A stretch of DNA of 28,175 nt from Thermoproteota archaeon (GTDB lineage: Archaea > Korarchaeota > Korarchaeia > Korarchaeales > Korarchaeaceae): the NCBI GenBank assembly GCA_027491395.1, contig JAOZFI010000001.1:1-28175 (forward strand), written 5' to 3'. Both the position numbers and the translations under genes were made by a program. The notes below the pieces were generated by a model. It did not search any database, was not told where the DNA came from, and saw only the letters and a program-made list of their open reading frames with translations. Shown here in pieces: positions 25,574 through 28,175 of this stretch. Within the stretch, counting starts at the first letter, position 1. The number at the start of each line of letters is the position of its first letter.

Positions 25574-27172
25574 TCACCTCCTCCATAGGAACCAGTACAC
25601 AGCCAGCACTAGAACGACTAGTATCAGGCTCAGGTAGAGAGCCACTCCCATCAGCTGCCAAGCAGGTGGGGGATTGATGGTGAGCTCGGTTTGCACATCC
25701 ATTATACCGTAGATGGCCCATGGCTTTCTTCCCATCTCCCTGACCCCCCATCCAAGGAAGCTAGTGATCTGCGCGATGGCAGGAGATATCACAGCTATCC
25801 AGAGGACCCATGAGGGCCATTCCTCTCTTCTGAATGCGTAGAAGACGGCTAGCAGACCTATCAACCCTAAGAGAACGCCCAGTCCTATTTTCGTATAGTA
25901 CAGGTAGTGTATTATCAGGGGTGGCCTGTAATCGATGGTGATCACATCGTAGGACGGAAGCTTTGCATTAGGGTCTCCGTATGCTAGCAAGGGCATGAAC
26001 TGCTCCACTAATTGTTTCATGCCCAGCATGCCTGGTAGGCTGGTTATCTGAGTGGTAGTGGCCTCCATGGCCGCGAACTTCTCCGGATTGTACTTGGCCA
26101 CGGCGGCGCCCATGGCATGGCCAGACCCGGTTCCCTGAATGGCTATCAAGATCAAGGCCACCGCGGCGGCGAACTTTATGGCCCTCAGAAAGTACCCCCT
26201 ATCCCTGTCATCCTTGGACGTCTTGAGAAGCCTCAGGGCATAACCACCCAGTAGGGTGAATGCAGACACGGTGAGTGCAGCGCCCAAGGCATGGACGTAT
26301 GTGGCTAGGTATCCCTTGGAGAGGAAGGTTATCATGAATGTTCCAGCATTCTTCACCGTGTTCGCCACTATGGCATCGATCACAGTCTTTAGGGACACGG
26401 ATGAGAGGGACTGCAAGGCTTCGGGCTTGATGACGGCCGCAAGTGTGCTCTCACCTATCGTCTTACCGGCGAAGGCCTCTCTCATGAGCACCCTGACCAA
26501 GCCTGAGGGGAGAGTAACTGTTACCTGCTCTGGAGTGGCACTGATGACCTTGGCGCCTACAGCCGCCAGCTTATTCACATCCAAGGCTTGGGCTATCTGA
26601 GCTGGCACGAATAGGAGGACATCCGGAGGTGCCCAACTGGAAGGACCTGCTAATGGATCGTAGTGGGCTATCACGTTGACTGGAGCCTGCATGAAGGAGT
26701 TAACGCTTAGTATCATAGCTCCTGAGTACCAAGCACCCACGAAGGCCAGTATACCTATGATGAGGTGCGTCCTCGGGGACACCTTGTCCTCTGCATAGAA
26801 GTACATGTAGATGAAGATCCCCTCCATGAGAAAAGCGAATATCTCCATGTACAACGGGAAGTATATGTACCTACCCGCTGCCTCCGTCAAGTTAGGCCAC
26901 AACAGGACTAGTCCAAATTCAGAGGCGGTTCCCGTGGCGGCTCCCACTGCGAAGACCGCCACGAAGGCCTTCGCCAAGGTTCTCGAGAGTCTCTTCCAAT
27001 CATCATTACGAGTCCTTAGCCATATAGCCTCAGTGACCACTGCTAGAAAAGACAAACCCAGCACGTACTGCAGGATGAACCAGTGAACCTCTATACCTAT
27101 CATTGAGAGCAGTCTTTCCCAGCCAGCCGGGTAACCAGAAAACCACTGCTGAATCAAGCCGAAGGGGTCCAT
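25574..27172 (-). CDS. cydA: Cytochrome bd quinol oxidase subunit I
   Basis: EVHWF (H19), FAVGAATG, EIFAFLME (E99/E107), NSFMQAP, YVHA (H186), PEKFAAME (K252/E257), GWGVREMGRKPW (E445); E. coli numbering. Confidence 0.93.
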   Translation of the reverse strand: MDPFGLIQQWFSGYPAGWERLLSMIGIEVHWFILQYVLGLSFLAVVTEAIWLRTRNDDWKRLSRTLAKAFVAVFAVGAATGTASEFGLVLLWPNLTEAAGRYIYFPLYMEIFAFLMEGIFIYMYFYAEDKVSPRTHLIIGILAFVGAWYSGAMILSVNSFMQAPVNVIAHYDPLAGPSSWAPPDVLLFVPAQIAQALDVNKLAAVGAKVISATPEQVTVTLPSGLVRVLMREAFAGKTIGESTLAAVIKPEALQSLSSVSLKTVIDAIVANTVKNAGTFMITFLSKGYLATYVHALGAALTVSAFTLLGGYALRLLKTSKDDRDRGYFLRAIKFAAAVALILIAIQGTGSGHAMGAAVAKYNPEKFAAMEATTTQITSLPGMLGMKQLVEQFMPLLAYGDPNAKLPSYDVITIDYRPPLIIHYLYYTKIGLGVLLGLIGLLAVFYAFRREEWPSWVLWIAVISPAIAQITSFLGWGVREMGRKPWAIYGIMDVQTELTINPPPAWQLMGVALYLSLILVVLVLAVYWFLWRR

Positions 27173-27203
27173 CTAGATCCCCTTCGAGAAGCCTAACTTT
27201 TTT

Positions 27204-27236
27204 GAATTTAAAACTATTGGTTAGACATATTAACCA
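27204..27236 (-). promoter_or_regulatory. cydAA' TATA box with adjacent inverted repeat
   Basis: TTTTAAATTC (minus, 27204-27213); TGGTTA-N7-TAACCA at 27218-27236; embedded in an AT-rich tract. Confidence 0.5.
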
Positions 27237-27647
27237 TATGAATTTATAATATTTAGGTATATTTATTTATATTATTTTGAGATAAATTTCTCTATATATG
27301 TAATAGAACTTTGATTCTCTCTGAAAATGTAATCCGATTTTCCCGTGTTGATGATCGTAGGTACCATCTACATTAGGCGAAGATATTGCCTAAAATTCAT
27401 CATGATAATGGAATTAGACAATAACGCTCATGACTATCTCCTCTCGTGCTCCTTTCCATGATTCGGATATCGTTTCATCGCATAGAAAGAATATCATGAC
27501 GCCCACATCCAGCCTCGTAATAAAAGGAAGGATGCCCATCAGCTTGTCTGGATTTCCTCTTCCAGATTCAGTGCGAGCATAGATCCTAGTGGGATCATCG
27601 GCCCCACGCCCGAGCAGGCAAGGAATGTGAGGAGGGTAAGATAAATC

Positions 27648-28175
27648 TCACTTTCTCATACTCTCGTAAACTATTCGGTTTCTTATCTTACCAACACCCC
27701 ATATCTCTATCTCCACAACATCACCATGTTTGAGAAGTCTTGGAGGATTGGAGAAGCCACCCACCCCAGAGGGAGTTCCAGTGGCTATCACATCCCCTGG
27801 TTCTAGAGTCATCCCCTTGCTCAATATAGTGATCACATCCCAAGGTTTGAATATCATTTGACTTGAGCTAGCGTGCTGTCTCCTCTCCCCGTTAACCCAC
27901 GTGGTTATCCCTAGCTCTTCGAAGTCCACCGAAACGTCTATCCAAGGGCCTATTGGAGCAAATGAGTCGATACTCTTGCCCCTGACCCACTGACCATCCC
28001 TCCTCTGAAGGTCCCTAGCGGTGACGTCGTTGAATGCCATGTAACCCAGAATGGACCCCTTGGCCCCCTTCTCGTCGAGCCTACGCCCACCCTTCTTCAT
28101 AACAAAGGCTATTTCACCCTCATAATCCACCTCCCTAACGTAATCATCAGGTACTATCACATCGTCGTAGGGACC
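27648..28175 (-). CDS. Fumarylacetoacetate hydrolase family protein (5' part outside window)
   Basis: VDYEGE, NDVTARDLQ, QWVRGKS.DSFAPIGPW, TLEPGDVIATGTPSGVG motifs. Confidence 0.93.
   Translation of the reverse strand, partial: GPYDDVIVPDDYVREVDYEGEIAFVMKKGGRRLDEKGAKGSILGYMAFNDVTARDLQRRDGQWVRGKSIDSFAPIGPWIDVSVDFEELGITTWVNGERRQHASSSQMIFKPWDVITILSKGMTLEPGDVIATGTPSGVGGFSNPPRLLKHGDVVEIEIWGVGKIRNRIVYESMRK

Noticed and set aside
27218-27236. SurR site (GTT-N3-AAC) at the cyd promoter
   Set aside because: Spacing here is GTT-N9-AAC, which does not match.
1-28175. Mobile elements, integrases, defence systems, tRNA/rRNA
   Set aside because: No transposase/integrase motifs, terminal repeats, cloverleafs or rRNA-like tracts were recognised.

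Overview
Gene-dense (~54% GC by eye) chromosomal segment from a thermophilic archaeon, probably TACK-group and possibly Korarchaeia. This is inferred from AGG/ATA-rich codon use, TATA/BRE promoters, GGTGA Shine-Dalgarno motifs and archaeal gene families. Left to right it holds: a Liv-type ABC importer (binding protein frameshifted) divergent from a hydantoinase/oxoprolinase A+B pair; a surface protein plus an orphan solute-binding protein; a CBS protein; a coupled torD-like / MFS-DUF47(PhoU-like) fusion / dual-specificity phosphatase operon; a NikR-like regulator with a Znu-type metal ABC system on a bidirectional promoter; pyroglutamyl peptidase preceded by a candidate box C/D sRNA; a Tat-exported PotD-like protein; an aldo-keto reductase remnant; and a redox/sulfur block (COG1237 MBL hydrolase, V4R-wHTH regulator, DsrE2-like protein, doubly frameshifted APC permease, ferritin-VIT1 fusion, archaeal CydAA' bd-type oxidase). 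It ends in a partial FAH-family gene. No transposase, CRISPR array, rRNA or tRNA was seen. The best candidates for undescribed biology are the TorD + MFS-PhoU + phosphatase operon, the V4R-wHTH/DsrE2 sulfur-redox switch, the NikR-like metal importer with atypical ligands, and the C/D sRNA. All family calls rest on motif recognition by eye; no searches were run.
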